Assembly: GCA_963849325.1 (NCBI GenBank)
Contig: CAWKHF010000001.1
Coordinates: 32,001-96,000, forward strand
Direction of reading: 5' to 3'
DNA from: an uncultured Planctomycetota bacterium
GTDB lineage: Bacteria > Planctomycetota > Planctomycetia > Gemmatales > Gemmataceae
Length of the DNA stretch: 64,000 bases
The notes beneath the pieces are model-generated. The model was not told the DNA's origin and did not search any database. It was given only the letters and a program-made list of their open reading frames with translations. Below are positions 1-10,152 of the stretch, in pieces (the stretch's first letter is position 1; every line of letters begins with the position of its first letter). A program made the translations under genes and the position numbers.

Positions 1-1469
1 CCATCTGGAAGAAGACCGCTCCAAAGCGTAGTACCCAGATGATCTTCGCTGACATGGGCGTCAATCCGACCCCTTGGGGGTACTCACCCTATAGCGAGAT
101 CATCGAGAAGCTGGTCGCCAGCGGCATTCCGCGTGAACAGATCGCCGCCATCGGCGACGCCGAGTCCGACGCCAAGAAGCAGGCTCTCTTCGAGAAGGTC
201 CGGCAAGGTTCGGTGCGCGTGCTGATCGGCAGCACGCAAAAAATGGGTACGGGCACCAACGTCCAGAAACGCCTGGTCGCCCTGCATCACCTCGATGCCC
301 CGTGGAAGCCAGCGGAGGTCGAGCAACGCGACGGCCGCATCCTGCGCCAGGGCAACGAAAACGAGGAAGTGGCGATCTACCGCTACGTCACGGAAGGTTC
401 CTTTGACGCCGTGATGTGGCAGGCCCTGGAGACGAAAGCACGTTTTATCGGGCAGGTGATTTCGGGAGCCAACGCGCTGCGGCGTGCTGAGGACATCAGC
501 GGCCAGGAACTTTCCTACGCCGAGGTCAAGGCCATCGCCTCCGGCAACCCGGCCGTGCTCACGCTTGCCGAGGCCGACGCCGAACTGCAACGCCTCACCC
601 TGCTCAAGAAGAACCACCTGGACGAACAATACGTCGCCCGCCGCAGCGTGCGGGATCTGCCGGGCACCATCAAGAACCTCTCCGAACGGTTGTCGAAACT
701 CTCGGCAGACGACGCCACCGCGAAATCCCATGCCACCGATCCGATGTCCATCGGCGGCCGCACCATCGCCCGCGACGCGATCAGCGAGATTCTCGGCGGC
801 AAGCTCGACGGCTTGCCGAAGCACGTCCGCGAGACCACCCGCGTGCCGCTTGGCACCTACCGGGGTTTGCGTTTCGGCATGGTGCTGCACCCGCAGTTCC
901 CGCCCGATGTCTTTCTCGAAGGCAGCATGACGCGCTTCACCATGCTGTCGCGCGAACACCAGGGACCGCGTGCTGTCCTCAACGCCCTCGAACGACTCGC
1001 CACCGGCTACGGCTCCGATTGCGACCGCACGCGGCAAGACCTTTCCATAGCCGAAGCCCAGCTACGCGACTACCACGCGCGACTCGGCAAGCCCTTCACG
1101 CTCGAAACCTACCTGACCGAACTGACTTCCTTACGCGACCAGCTCAAGGCGAGGCTTTCCGGCACGGGCCACGAGACGGGTCAGCACGACGGGCCGAGCG
1201 TTTCCGAACTGGCCGGGAGGATCAAGGCGCTGAAGGCCGCGAACAGCGTCGAGGCCACGCCTCAGCGTGTCCGGCCGAAGCAGTCCACCGCCGAGGAACC
1301 GATCACCTCCCGCATCCGCCGCCGGGCCGAGTCCATGCCCGCAGCTGGTTCAACGAACGACGCCGGTGCCATACCCGTGGCGGGTATCACCCAGCAGCAG
1401 TCGATGACGTTCCAGGAACGCCTGGCCCGCGAACGCCAAAACAAGAGCGACGGCCCAAGCCCTCCATAA
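1..1469 (+). CDS. 3' part of a large SNF2/DEAD-like helicase of the N12-class DNA methylase-helicase (COG4646/DarB-like) type found on ICEs; 5' end lies outside the window
   Basis: Helicase C-terminal motifs VLIGSTQKMGTGTNVQ, HLDAPWKPAEVEQRDGRILRQGN and YRYVTEGSFDAVMWQ, followed by LSYAEVKAIASGNP typical of this family. Confidence 0.85.
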   Translation, partial: IWKKTAPKRSTQMIFADMGVNPTPWGYSPYSEIIEKLVASGIPREQIAAIGDAESDAKKQALFEKVRQGSVRVLIGSTQKMGTGTNVQKRLVALHHLDAPWKPAEVEQRDGRILRQGNENEEVAIYRYVTEGSFDAVMWQALETKARFIGQVISGANALRRAEDISGQELSYAEVKAIASGNPAVLTLAEADAELQRLTLLKKNHLDEQYVARRSVRDLPGTIKNLSERLSKLSADDATAKSHATDPMSIGGRTIARDAISEILGGKLDGLPKHVRETTRVPLGTYRGLRFGMVLHPQFPPDVFLEGSMTRFTMLSREHQGPRAVLNALERLATGYGSDCDRTRQDLSIAEAQLRDYHARLGKPFTLETYLTELTSLRDQLKARLSGTGHETGQHDGPSVSELAGRIKALKAANSVEATPQRVRPKQSTAEEPITSRIRRRAESMPAAGSTNDAGAIPVAGITQQQSMTFQERLARERQNKSDGPSPP

Positions 1470-1870
1470 TCGCAGGGTGGGCATTCTGGCAGAAGAACCC
1501 CCGCTCGGAATCCTCCTCTGGCTCTGGTGAACCGCTCGAAGGTCCGCCGCCTCTGTCGCGTTCCGCCGCGGGGGCGAGTTCTTGCGAACCCCCGCGACGA
1601 AACACTCCGACGGCGACGGTGAACCTCTCGACGAGCAAAATACCTGTACGGATGTTTGGTTCGGCCTTTGATGCCTATGCTGAATTTGCTGGAAAGTGGT
1701 GCCGCAGCGGTAGATAATAACCCGGTTCGGCATCTGCGTGCCTTCCTTGGGCTGCGGCGCTCCAATGTGCGGCTTTCGCACAGGGCTCGGCTGAGCGGGG
1801 GTATCCTGTTTTTGGTGCAGAAGTGCCCGACAGTATCCCTCGTCGGGGGTTCGCAAAGGAGGTTTCAGAA

Positions 1871-3109
1871 ATGCTCCGTCGTTTCGTACCCAACCTGGGG
1901 GCAGTCCTGGTCGCCGGTCTGGCCGGGGTTCTGCTCCTCACCGGCCCCGCGCGAAGCGCGGACAAGGAAACCAAGCAACAGTTCGACAACTGGGCGAAGT
2001 CGATCAGCGCCCAGAACCCCGCCATCGTCATCGATGCCGGAACGAACCACTCGGTCACGCGGGTTGCCAAGTCCTCCTACCAGGTGGCGTTCCCCAAGCC
2101 GACCGGCTACCGCCCGCTCATGGTCAGCCCGCGTTGGGGTGGGACGAACCGACCCCTCGACTTCTCGGGCCTGACGCCGTGGGAAGCCTCGTTCTCCGAC
2201 CGGCGGTGGAAGGGCGTGATCGTCGGGCGCGATCCGAGCCCCGTCGGGGAGGGCAAGGCAGAGCCGATCGGCCTGCCCAGGTTCGAGTACAAACTGCTGC
2301 CGGAGGTGGAAGGCCAGCCGCGGCGCGTGAACCTGAAGTTCTGGCTCGCGAAGGACGTGAAGAACGAGAAGCCGAGTTGGGAATTCGAGGTGGCCGCCGC
2401 GGTGATCACGCCCATGACCGCGGCCGCGCTGGACGGCCGGCTGGGCCTCTTCACCCTGACCGCGATGGATGACGAGGGGGATGATGTCGGTGCGGCGATC
2501 CACCCGGCGCTCGACGGGCACCGCCTCGCCTACCGTCCAGCGCTGCTCGACCTGTTCGCCGAGGAGTCGCTCTTCTCGGAAAAGGACCGCATGTCGGAAG
2601 AAACTCTCAAGAAGCTGATGAAGCAGCAAGATAAGAACGACAAGGAGAAGAGCTTCTCTCTGTCGGCCGTCGTCGAGAACGCCTGGAAACTGGACGACGC
2701 CGGGCTGAAGGCCGTTGACGTGAACGGTGATCCGGGCAAGTCGGCCTTCAAGTTCGTCCATCGGCTGGTCTACGAGGGCGACGAAGGGAAGTACAAAGAG
2801 TTGCCGGTGTCCGGCCAGGTGAACAAGGAAGTCTTCGCCTCCCTGACCGATACCGAGAAGCAGTTGGTCCGCGAGTACAACGAGGCGGTGATCGTCCACC
2901 GGATCATCTACTGGGTTAAGCGGGAGATGATCGTTAATTTCGACCGCGACCAGAACTGGTCGAAGATGATCGACGAACTCGGTGACATCTACAAGTCGAA
3001 CCTCGACAAGAGCATCGACGCCGCCGTGCTGGCGAAGGCGTCGTCGAAATGGGCGAGTGACTACACCGGTAAGGATAGCTCGCTGCCCAAGGAGATGAGG
3101 CTGAAGTAA
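1871..3109 (+). CDS. Secreted hypothetical protein (signal peptide)
   Basis: AAGGAGGT RBS before ATG 1871; MLRRFVPNLGAVLVAGLAGVLLLTGPARSA signal peptide; long ORF with strong G/C third-position bias. Confidence 0.75.
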   Translation: MLRRFVPNLGAVLVAGLAGVLLLTGPARSADKETKQQFDNWAKSISAQNPAIVIDAGTNHSVTRVAKSSYQVAFPKPTGYRPLMVSPRWGGTNRPLDFSGLTPWEASFSDRRWKGVIVGRDPSPVGEGKAEPIGLPRFEYKLLPEVEGQPRRVNLKFWLAKDVKNEKPSWEFEVAAAVITPMTAAALDGRLGLFTLTAMDDEGDDVGAAIHPALDGHRLAYRPALLDLFAEESLFSEKDRMSEETLKKLMKQQDKNDKEKSFSLSAVVENAWKLDDAGLKAVDVNGDPGKSAFKFVHRLVYEGDEGKYKELPVSGQVNKEVFASLTDTEKQLVREYNEAVIVHRIIYWVKREMIVNFDRDQNWSKMIDELGDIYKSNLDKSIDAAVLAKASSKWASDYTGKDSSLPKEMRLK

Positions 3110-3123
3110 TTGATTGTCGCGCT

Positions 3124-3162
3124 CAGCCCGTTGTGCGCGCTGCGCCGACGGGCTGTTCGTTT
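3124..3162 (+). terminator. Probable intrinsic terminator
   Basis: CAGCCCG...CGGGCTG stem followed by TTCGTTT, just after the stop at 3109. Confidence 0.45.
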
Positions 3163-3261
3163 CGACAATCGGTCGCAACCGACAAGTGAGCGGTACAGAG
3201 GTGATCTTTGGCATTCTGCCCAGGATGCCAAGGTAAATGACGCCGACAGTGGGAACCGAAC

Positions 3262-6200
3262 GTGGATGAAATCAATGCATTAATCACCCGATTGGCGATT
3301 ATCACGCCGGTGGTAACCCTGCAAGGGCAGGTCGTAGACATTGCTTGCGAGGCCTATGGCGACGAAGGAGTGCGCCTGGTGCGCGAGCGGTTGAGAACAG
3401 CAAGAGACGAGGGAGCTTACACGAATGCGTCTCTTGGCAGAACGATTAACGTGAAGAACACGACGGTCATGAGTTGGCTCGGCCAGCGTGCCGGCGACCT
3501 AACCCTCAATCACTATCTACAGCTTTGCATTGTGATGGGGGTAGAACCAGCGGCCTTGATCCCCGAAGCAATCGAACTCGAAAATGAGTTCATCCGGGCT
3601 GCGATGAACGAGGTCAATAGAGCATCGCCACAACATGCGGAGCCGTTGGAACCTGGGCAGTACCCGAACTACACGGCATCTCGGGAACATTGGGAGCCAG
3701 TCGAAGAACTCGCTCTGTACCTGTTAAACCGTGCCATCGGTGAAGAACTGTCGGCGGTGGGCATCGAAACCCCGACTGAAGAAATCCGCTGGCTCTCAGA
3801 GTTGGGCATCGCCCCCGACGAGCCACCCTCCTGGGATGTCATTCGCGGACGGGCAGAATCCCGTTCGGCCGGAAGCGCGGGCGTGCTGGGGCATCTGGCG
3901 CTGTCGTGCATGCGGGAGTTGATCGCGGCTAATCGTGCCACCTTGTTGCTCGCTTTACACGAGGCCGCTTGCGGAAAGGATGCCGGCCGCGAACGCTTCC
4001 AGGAGCATCCGTTCGCAGTTCGCCAGTTTTTGGAAGCGGGTGTGCCGGCCGGACGCGGAGTGGCTCGGGCAGCGGTCATCGTTCTGGCAAGATTGTGCGA
4101 CAACAACATGGATACCCGCGACCCGGACGTGACATATCGTGTCCGCCTTGGCCTCGACGAATTCTTTCTGAGGGATTCCCCGAACGAGTCGGCTTCTATC
4201 GTGTATTCAGACGACCGGCTTTTTGGGGTGCTCGACCGCCTCGACCGCATTTCCGATTTCGGGTTCGAGACACAGACGGACCTGTTCGTACGTTGGCTCG
4301 CGGCGATGAGCCTGCTCGCCGAGTACGAGACCCTTCGTTTGGTCTCCCAGGACTTTCTTGAGTACCACTTCCCGGAAATTCACGACCTTGTTTTTAACCC
4401 ATACGGGTTTGAGCGCGAACCGCCGGGTTCGCTTAACCAGCGCGAGCGCGCGACGCAGTCCCTCGCGTTCTGGTTGCGAGCCGCGGGGGAGGCTCGCAGG
4501 CCATCCGAAGTGCCCCAGGTTCTCCGATCAGCGTCGGTCGTGCTTGGCACCCTTGACGAACTTCGTCGAGCGCAGGCTCCTGGTCATCTCGCAGCGTTTG
4601 ACGCTTCGGCCGCGTGGGGGTACTTCGCTTGGACGATGGCGGCGTTGGCTCGCTGCCTCGCACCTGGCGTTCATCGGGTTCGTGTCGTCGGACAAATGGT
4701 TCCGCAACTGGAAATGTTCTCCGGTCGAATGGCGATCAACGAACGCGCCGCGCCCAAACCAGAACGAGGTCCACCCGATCCGTTTTGGCGATGGTGGCCC
4801 GACTGGAGAGGCCATGCCCCTCGGTACGAGTGGGCTCGTCATCCGCTGCACCGACCCCAACCCTCTGGACAGAGACACGAGAAGCGGGCGGCGATGGCGG
4901 CACGGGTTGGATTGGCGATCCCTGTTTGCCGACCCTGTGCCACTCGGCGGCCTGCCCGTCCCCGCGTCGAGTACCGTTGGTCTGACTGCTGGCGATTGGC
5001 AGCTTTCACCGGCAGCATACGCCGAAATTGGGGGCGTTCCCACACTCGACGAATGGGCCTCGTTGCTGCCGCCGGAGACAGCCTTTCTCGGCGCTTACGA
5101 GTTGCCCCATTCCCACCGCCCCGTCGTGACCTTTGCTGTGCGCTTGGGAGACCGTGTAATCGTCGATGCGGTCGCGGGAGACCCCGGCCCTACGGCTTCA
5201 TCCGACGATCTGCGAGCAGTCGGGCTGCCGGAAGACCTTCGGCTTTCGGTCGCGCATGTACGGGCGCGTACAGTACTACCAGGCTTGCGGTCATGCGTGG
5301 GACCAGTACGGGCACGGGAATCTCGATGTTGCGTTCCTGGCCCGCGACTTGTGCAGTTCGCTCACCCGATTTCACGAGCAGGAGATCAACTCTGAGTATG
5401 GGGTACTCATCGACGAAGTGATGGAGCGGATCGGGCGGCAACTCTCTGTTCCTCAACGCCAAGCGCTCGCCGGTGTGGACCTGGTCTATTGCCCGCGCGG
5501 CCCACTGGCGGCGGCGGCTCCGGCACTTGTCGGCCAGCATCATCGATTGGGCAAGAGTTTCCGATCGATCACCGCAACGCCCTCGCTGGGTTTTTTCGGC
5601 TTGATGCACCGCCGGGCCGGCGGTTGCGCTGTTGGTCCCACCCCAAGGCTCAATGTCGCGTCGTGGTTTCCGGTTCCGGCCGACCGCAGCAACCCCGCTC
5701 ATCTACTGGTATCACGCGCAACTGGAGAACTCGCAGAGTTGACCGATCTCTGGCTTGCGGCCGACTCGCCAATGGCGACCATCCACCGCACTGGCCAAAT
5801 GACCGATGAAGGCAACTGGAATTTGGTGCTCGCGCACGGTCAGAACTTTCCGACATCGGTCCAGTTGGCAAACGGCCTTTTCCCCATCGACCTGCCGCCT
5901 TGTCAAGCGACCCAGGCAGGGGAAGATCAGGGTGGCTCCGTCATGTTTCTGCTGTCGTGCGTGGCTGGCCGTATGACGCAAACGGCACCGTTCGTAGACT
6001 CGTTCGGCTCGATCACTGACGAGGTACTCCTGTCGTTTTGCCTATCGGATCGGCTGTCGAGACAGCCAAGCCTCGTCGGCTCCTTCACGCAAGTTGTCGA
6101 AGCACATGCGGCCGTCGATCTCGGGATCGACCTTGTTCGCACTCGGTTGACCGACGGGGGCGATACTCCGTCGTGGTGCCAGTTTGCTCGCGCCCTGCAA

Positions 6201-6450
6201 CGGCTTGTGCGTGATGAACTGGCCAGCGGCCCGGCCTCGGGGCTACTCGACACCGGCGTTGACGGGGTTGCGCTCTCCCGATGGGCGCGCACCCGGCCTA
6301 CGGATTTTCTCCGGTTGTACGCATGCCTCCACTTCCGGCTGATCGGCTGCGAGCCTCGGTTGCTCTCGCAGCGCCCTCACCTGCCACTCTCTGACGGCCC
6401 GTGCGTGGGCCGCACACGGCCTCCAGGTCACGGCTTACGCTTGACATGCG
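3262..6450 (+). CDS. XRE-HTH + helical + CHAT (caspase-like) protease, reconstructed across two frameshifts; end approximate
   Basis: Frame 1 HTH (YTNASLGRTINVKNTTVMSWL); frame 2 pre-CHAT segment PTLDEWASLLPPETAFLGAYELP; frame 3 DLVYCPRGPLAA, LVLAHG (His), VMFLLSCVAG (Cys) and terminal LHFRLIG. Confidence 0.6.
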
Positions 6451-6478
6451 TGATGCCCGTGCGTGTGGAGGTCGTGGC

Positions 6479-7078
6479 ATGTTGTCCCGCACCATCAAAC
6501 CAGTCATCGAAGTGGCCGAGCTTCTCTACGGCACCTTCACTTCACGGTTTAAACGGGAACTACCGCAGCCGGTCATCACCGTGCAGACCAAAGGGCGCAT
6601 GCAGCGCACGCGCGTGGTTCTGGGCGGATCGGTGGCAGAACTCGGAGCCCGGCGCATCCCCGAGATCAACCTCTGTGCCGAGCACGTGCGGGACGGCCTG
6701 AAAGAACTGGCCCACTCCGTGTTGCACGAAATGGTGCATTACGCCAACTGGCTCGACGGTATCCGAGACTGCTCGTCGAGCCAATACCACAACCGTCACT
6801 TCCGAGCGGGTTGTGAGGCGGTCGGCCTGATTTGCGAGAAACACCCCCGGAAGAGGTACGGATGGGCTGCGACCCGCCTGTCGCCGGAGTTGGAATCTTT
6901 CGTGGATGGGCTGGGGATCGACGAGGAGCGACTCGGATTGAGTCGGATCAGCGCTCTTGGGTCACGCCGGCCCGGCTCGAAGCTCAAGAAATGGACATGC
7001 GGCTGTAGCAACCTGTGGGCTGCCGTCGAGATCGATGCATCCTGCAACCGCTGCGGTGGGCCGTTCCGAATGCCCTGA
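6479..7078 (+). CDS. SprT-like zinc metalloprotease with C-terminal Zn ribbon
   Basis: GGAGG RBS; SVLHEMVH (HExxH), QYHNRHF, C-terminal WTCGC...CNRCG. Confidence 0.8.
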   Translation: MLSRTIKPVIEVAELLYGTFTSRFKRELPQPVITVQTKGRMQRTRVVLGGSVAELGARRIPEINLCAEHVRDGLKELAHSVLHEMVHYANWLDGIRDCSSSQYHNRHFRAGCEAVGLICEKHPRKRYGWAATRLSPELESFVDGLGIDEERLGLSRISALGSRRPGSKLKKWTCGCSNLWAAVEIDASCNRCGGPFRMP

Positions 7079-7089
7079 AATGGCAGTGG

Positions 7090-7896
7090 ATGCCTGTGCG
7101 GAGTCTGCACAGGTCGCTCCTTCTCAACGCGTATCTTGCTCGTGGAGTCAAGCCAATCGGGATGTCAGAGATGGACCTGTTACCTGTAGCCGATGCGGTT
7201 CGTGTTGCCCTAAAGCAGGCCGGCTTGGAGGCCCGCGTTCAAGCGACCGCCGACGACCACGTCGATGTACGGCGTGGGGACGCGGGCGGCCAGCTCGCCC
7301 TCGGCACCGCGGCCGTGGTCCGCATGGTCGCGGCTCGCGTGTCGCTTCGCCCGGCCTCAAACGACGCCACCGAGGCGGCCCGATGGCTTCGCGAAGAGTG
7401 TGGATTAGCGGTCACGGAAGCCGAACTCGACCGCCACTTGCCTGCCCATGTCGGCTGGCGGCTGGTCTACGAAGTGCCGATTAGCGGCCGATGGCTTTGC
7501 CTCGAAACGCCACGCCTCGGGCGCTGCCGCCTCGGTCAAACCCGGCCGCTGGCACCCAACCCGGAGATTCAACGCATGAGTGACAACGACGCCCCGCTCC
7601 CAGCCGATGTGCAACTGGCCGTCAAGAAGGTCCAGGAACTTTTCGACTTGGACCCGAACCGGCTACCCGATCAGTTCGCCGAGTTCGTCCGGTGGGAACT
7701 CCAACGGCGGGCTCGTGATTTCACGGACGACGCAGTGTTGACCGCTGCCCAACTGAACGATCTCTCTGACCGGCTGGCCGCCTTGGAGCGGTGGATGGCC
7801 CAGTACACGCCCCACTTGGAAAGGCTTGCCCGGACAGTTCGCCCGACCAAGTGTGACATCCCTCTGAACGGCACCCCAAAGGAGGACGACGTATGA
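7090..7896 (+). CDS. Hypothetical protein, possibly a divergent TssK-like baseplate component
   Basis: Long ORF whose stop overlaps the next start (ATGA at 7893); position in the cluster; only weak resemblance to TssK. Confidence 0.45.
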   Translation: MPVRSLHRSLLLNAYLARGVKPIGMSEMDLLPVADAVRVALKQAGLEARVQATADDHVDVRRGDAGGQLALGTAAVVRMVAARVSLRPASNDATEAARWLREECGLAVTEAELDRHLPAHVGWRLVYEVPISGRWLCLETPRLGRCRLGQTRPLAPNPEIQRMSDNDAPLPADVQLAVKKVQELFDLDPNRLPDQFAEFVRWELQRRARDFTDDAVLTAAQLNDLSDRLAALERWMAQYTPHLERLARTVRPTKCDIPLNGTPKEDDV

Positions 7897-9515
7897 CCAT
7901 TCCCACGACGAAAAAGGGGCTGAGCGAAGCCCTGGCATCCCTGGAAGCGAAGCGCGAACGGTATCCGCGTGGGGCGGACCTGTTCGGAACCCGCGACTCC
8001 GGCAAGACGATCCTGCTGCTGGCCCTGGCGGACGCACTCCAGCGACGGTCCGAGTTGCCGACACCGACGCTCCGCACCACGTCGCTTAGCGACCAGGCCG
8101 TTCGCCTCCGCGGAAAGGTGCCGCTGGAGACGACAGCATACGACGACAGCCTCTCCGACCTGGACGGGCTGGAGGGGTTTGTTCTCGACCCGAGCGGGCT
8201 GCGGCCGTCGCTGATCGTCTCGCTGCCACATGTCGATCCGGCTCGCGCCAACGTTCCCGCTTGGTTGCAGTGCTACCGCGACCCCTGCCGCCACCTAATC
8301 GCGGTGGGATGGGCTCCCCGCCTGCATCTTGAGCTGTGCTGGTCGGTGTTCTGTTTCTACCTGGAGCAGTTCAATGCGGCCGCCCCCGAGGGCGACCTGC
8401 GGGAACACGCCAAGCTGGCGTTCATGGTGGCCACGAACGCCGACCACCGCGACGCCCTGGGCAGCACCAACACGGACGGGCTGAATCGCCTGCTGGCCGA
8501 CGAACGGCTGGCAGGCGCAAGAGTGACGGTGAAGTGGTCCCGCGGTGAGGCCCGGCTGACGGTGGACGGCGGCGGGCTGCCCAAAGACGAAGGCCGGCGG
8601 GTAGTGGCCTGCCTGCGTGAGGTCATCGAGGACGCCGTGTCCGTCGCCCGCGACGCCGAGGCACCCATTCGGGAATTGCTCCAGGGACTGCGGGCCGAAG
8701 ACCAGGTTCTGGTTCTAACCGGCCGCGACATCATCGAACCCACGCCGGCGTGGGGCCGGCAGGAGTGGCTGGAGGAGATCAACCGTTTCTTCTTCGGGCC
8801 GGGTTTCGTCCGCACGAACCGGAACGCCCACCTGCTCGGGAACGTGGTCGGCAAGGTCCGGGCTGACGCGGCCGTGACCGGCGAACTGCCCGTGTACGTT
8901 CGAGACACGAACTCCACCGGACTGGGTGATCTCATGCCGGTCATCGAAGAGTGGGCCACCGTACACCCCCGGCCGACAGCACACTCGCCGGCGAACCCGT
9001 CGCCGGTCGCCCCCCCGGAGACCCGTCCGACGGTCGTGGCCGAGGAGGGCACGGCTGATCTGCCTGCCTACGTCCGCGAGGCGCTCGGACATGCCGTCGC
9101 CGTGATGCCACTGGCCGTTCTGCTCTGGCTGGCGGTGTCCCGCAGCGTGGTCGGTTTGGGCTGGACGGCAGCCAGTGTACTGGCCGTCGGTGGCGCACTT
9201 GCCTGGGCGCGGAACCGGCTGCTGCCACCGAGCTGGCAGCGATTGAGCGATGGGGGACTTTACCTGCCCTCGACCCGCCGGCCGACCGAGTTGGCTGCCG
9301 GCGGATATTCCTTCCGCCGCGGGCGGTTGGATCGGCTCCGCGATTCCGCATGGGTCGTACCGGCCGGCGGGAAGCGCGGGCGGCTGGTTTACGGGTATCG
9401 GAGCCTGCGGCGATGCGGCGAAGCATCCGAGTTCGCCCACAAGTACGACCTAGTGCCCTCTGCCGCGGCTTGCGTCGCCGTGGGAATCACGCTCCTGATC
9501 CAGCGCTGGATCTGA
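7893..9515 (+). CDS. P-loop NTPase (GTPase-like) with C-terminal transmembrane helices
   Basis: Walker A-like LFGTRDSGKT near the N-terminus; Pro-rich linker; hydrophobic segments AVAVMPLAVLLWLAV, LGWTAASVLAVGGALAW, AAACVAVGITLLI. Confidence 0.65.
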   Translation: MTIPTTKKGLSEALASLEAKRERYPRGADLFGTRDSGKTILLLALADALQRRSELPTPTLRTTSLSDQAVRLRGKVPLETTAYDDSLSDLDGLEGFVLDPSGLRPSLIVSLPHVDPARANVPAWLQCYRDPCRHLIAVGWAPRLHLELCWSVFCFYLEQFNAAAPEGDLREHAKLAFMVATNADHRDALGSTNTDGLNRLLADERLAGARVTVKWSRGEARLTVDGGGLPKDEGRRVVACLREVIEDAVSVARDAEAPIRELLQGLRAEDQVLVLTGRDIIEPTPAWGRQEWLEEINRFFFGPGFVRTNRNAHLLGNVVGKVRADAAVTGELPVYVRDTNSTGLGDLMPVIEEWATVHPRPTAHSPANPSPVAPPETRPTVVAEEGTADLPAYVREALGHAVAVMPLAVLLWLAVSRSVVGLGWTAASVLAVGGALAWARNRLLPPSWQRLSDGGLYLPSTRRPTELAAGGYSFRRGRLDRLRDSAWVVPAGGKRGRLVYGYRSLRRCGEASEFAHKYDLVPSAAACVAVGITLLIQRWI

Positions 9516-9611
9516 GTTCCTGAGCTGTGCAGGGACCGCACACAGCCGGTCCTCAAGTTCGGAATAATCCCCGTGTCCCTTGGTTGAACCGCTAACTCTG
9601 TGAGGTGCATC

Positions 9612-10132
9612 GTGAGCCGAATCGACATCCTCTCCGCCGGTCAGCAACCGCCGCCGGCAAGCCCCGTGAAGCACCCGATCAACTTCCCGGTGATCCTGCG
9701 GGTGGAAACCGCGAAGCACCCGGCCGGCCGGCCGAGCTTCATTCCGGCCCCGCTCCCGGGGGCTGCCACCCTGATCGAGCAGCAGCCCCGCCAGACCGTG
9801 CTAGTCACCGACGAGTACGGCCAGAAAAAGGCCCACGTCATCGATTACGCCGAAGGGGCGCTCCGGGCGCGGACCTCGTGGACAACTGCTCGAAGGAGCG
9901 GGTTGCGGTGTTGCTCAAGCCGGCCACTCCCGTGTTTTGCGGCGAGCCGGGCGTCGTCGTGCGGGCGGGGATGAAGGCCGCCGTACTGACCGACCTCGCC
10001 TCAAAAGTGGCCTGCGGTCTCGCCGTACCCGCCGAACTTGCCGCCCTGGCACAGGCCGAGTACGAGCGGACCGCCAAGTTGCTCGCTCAAGTGCAAGCCG
10101 CGAAGGCCAAGCTCTCCATCCCCACCAACTGA
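9612..10132 (+). CDS. TssB-like small sheath subunit (T6SS-iii-like), one frameshift near 9865
   Basis: GAGGTG RBS plus GTG start; QPRQTVLVTDEYGQKKAHVIDY resembles recalled Bacteroidota TssB (KPxVxVxFxDExGQ); lies directly before the TssC-like gene. Confidence 0.5.
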
Positions 10133-10152
10133 CCCACGACCGGAGGTAAGCC

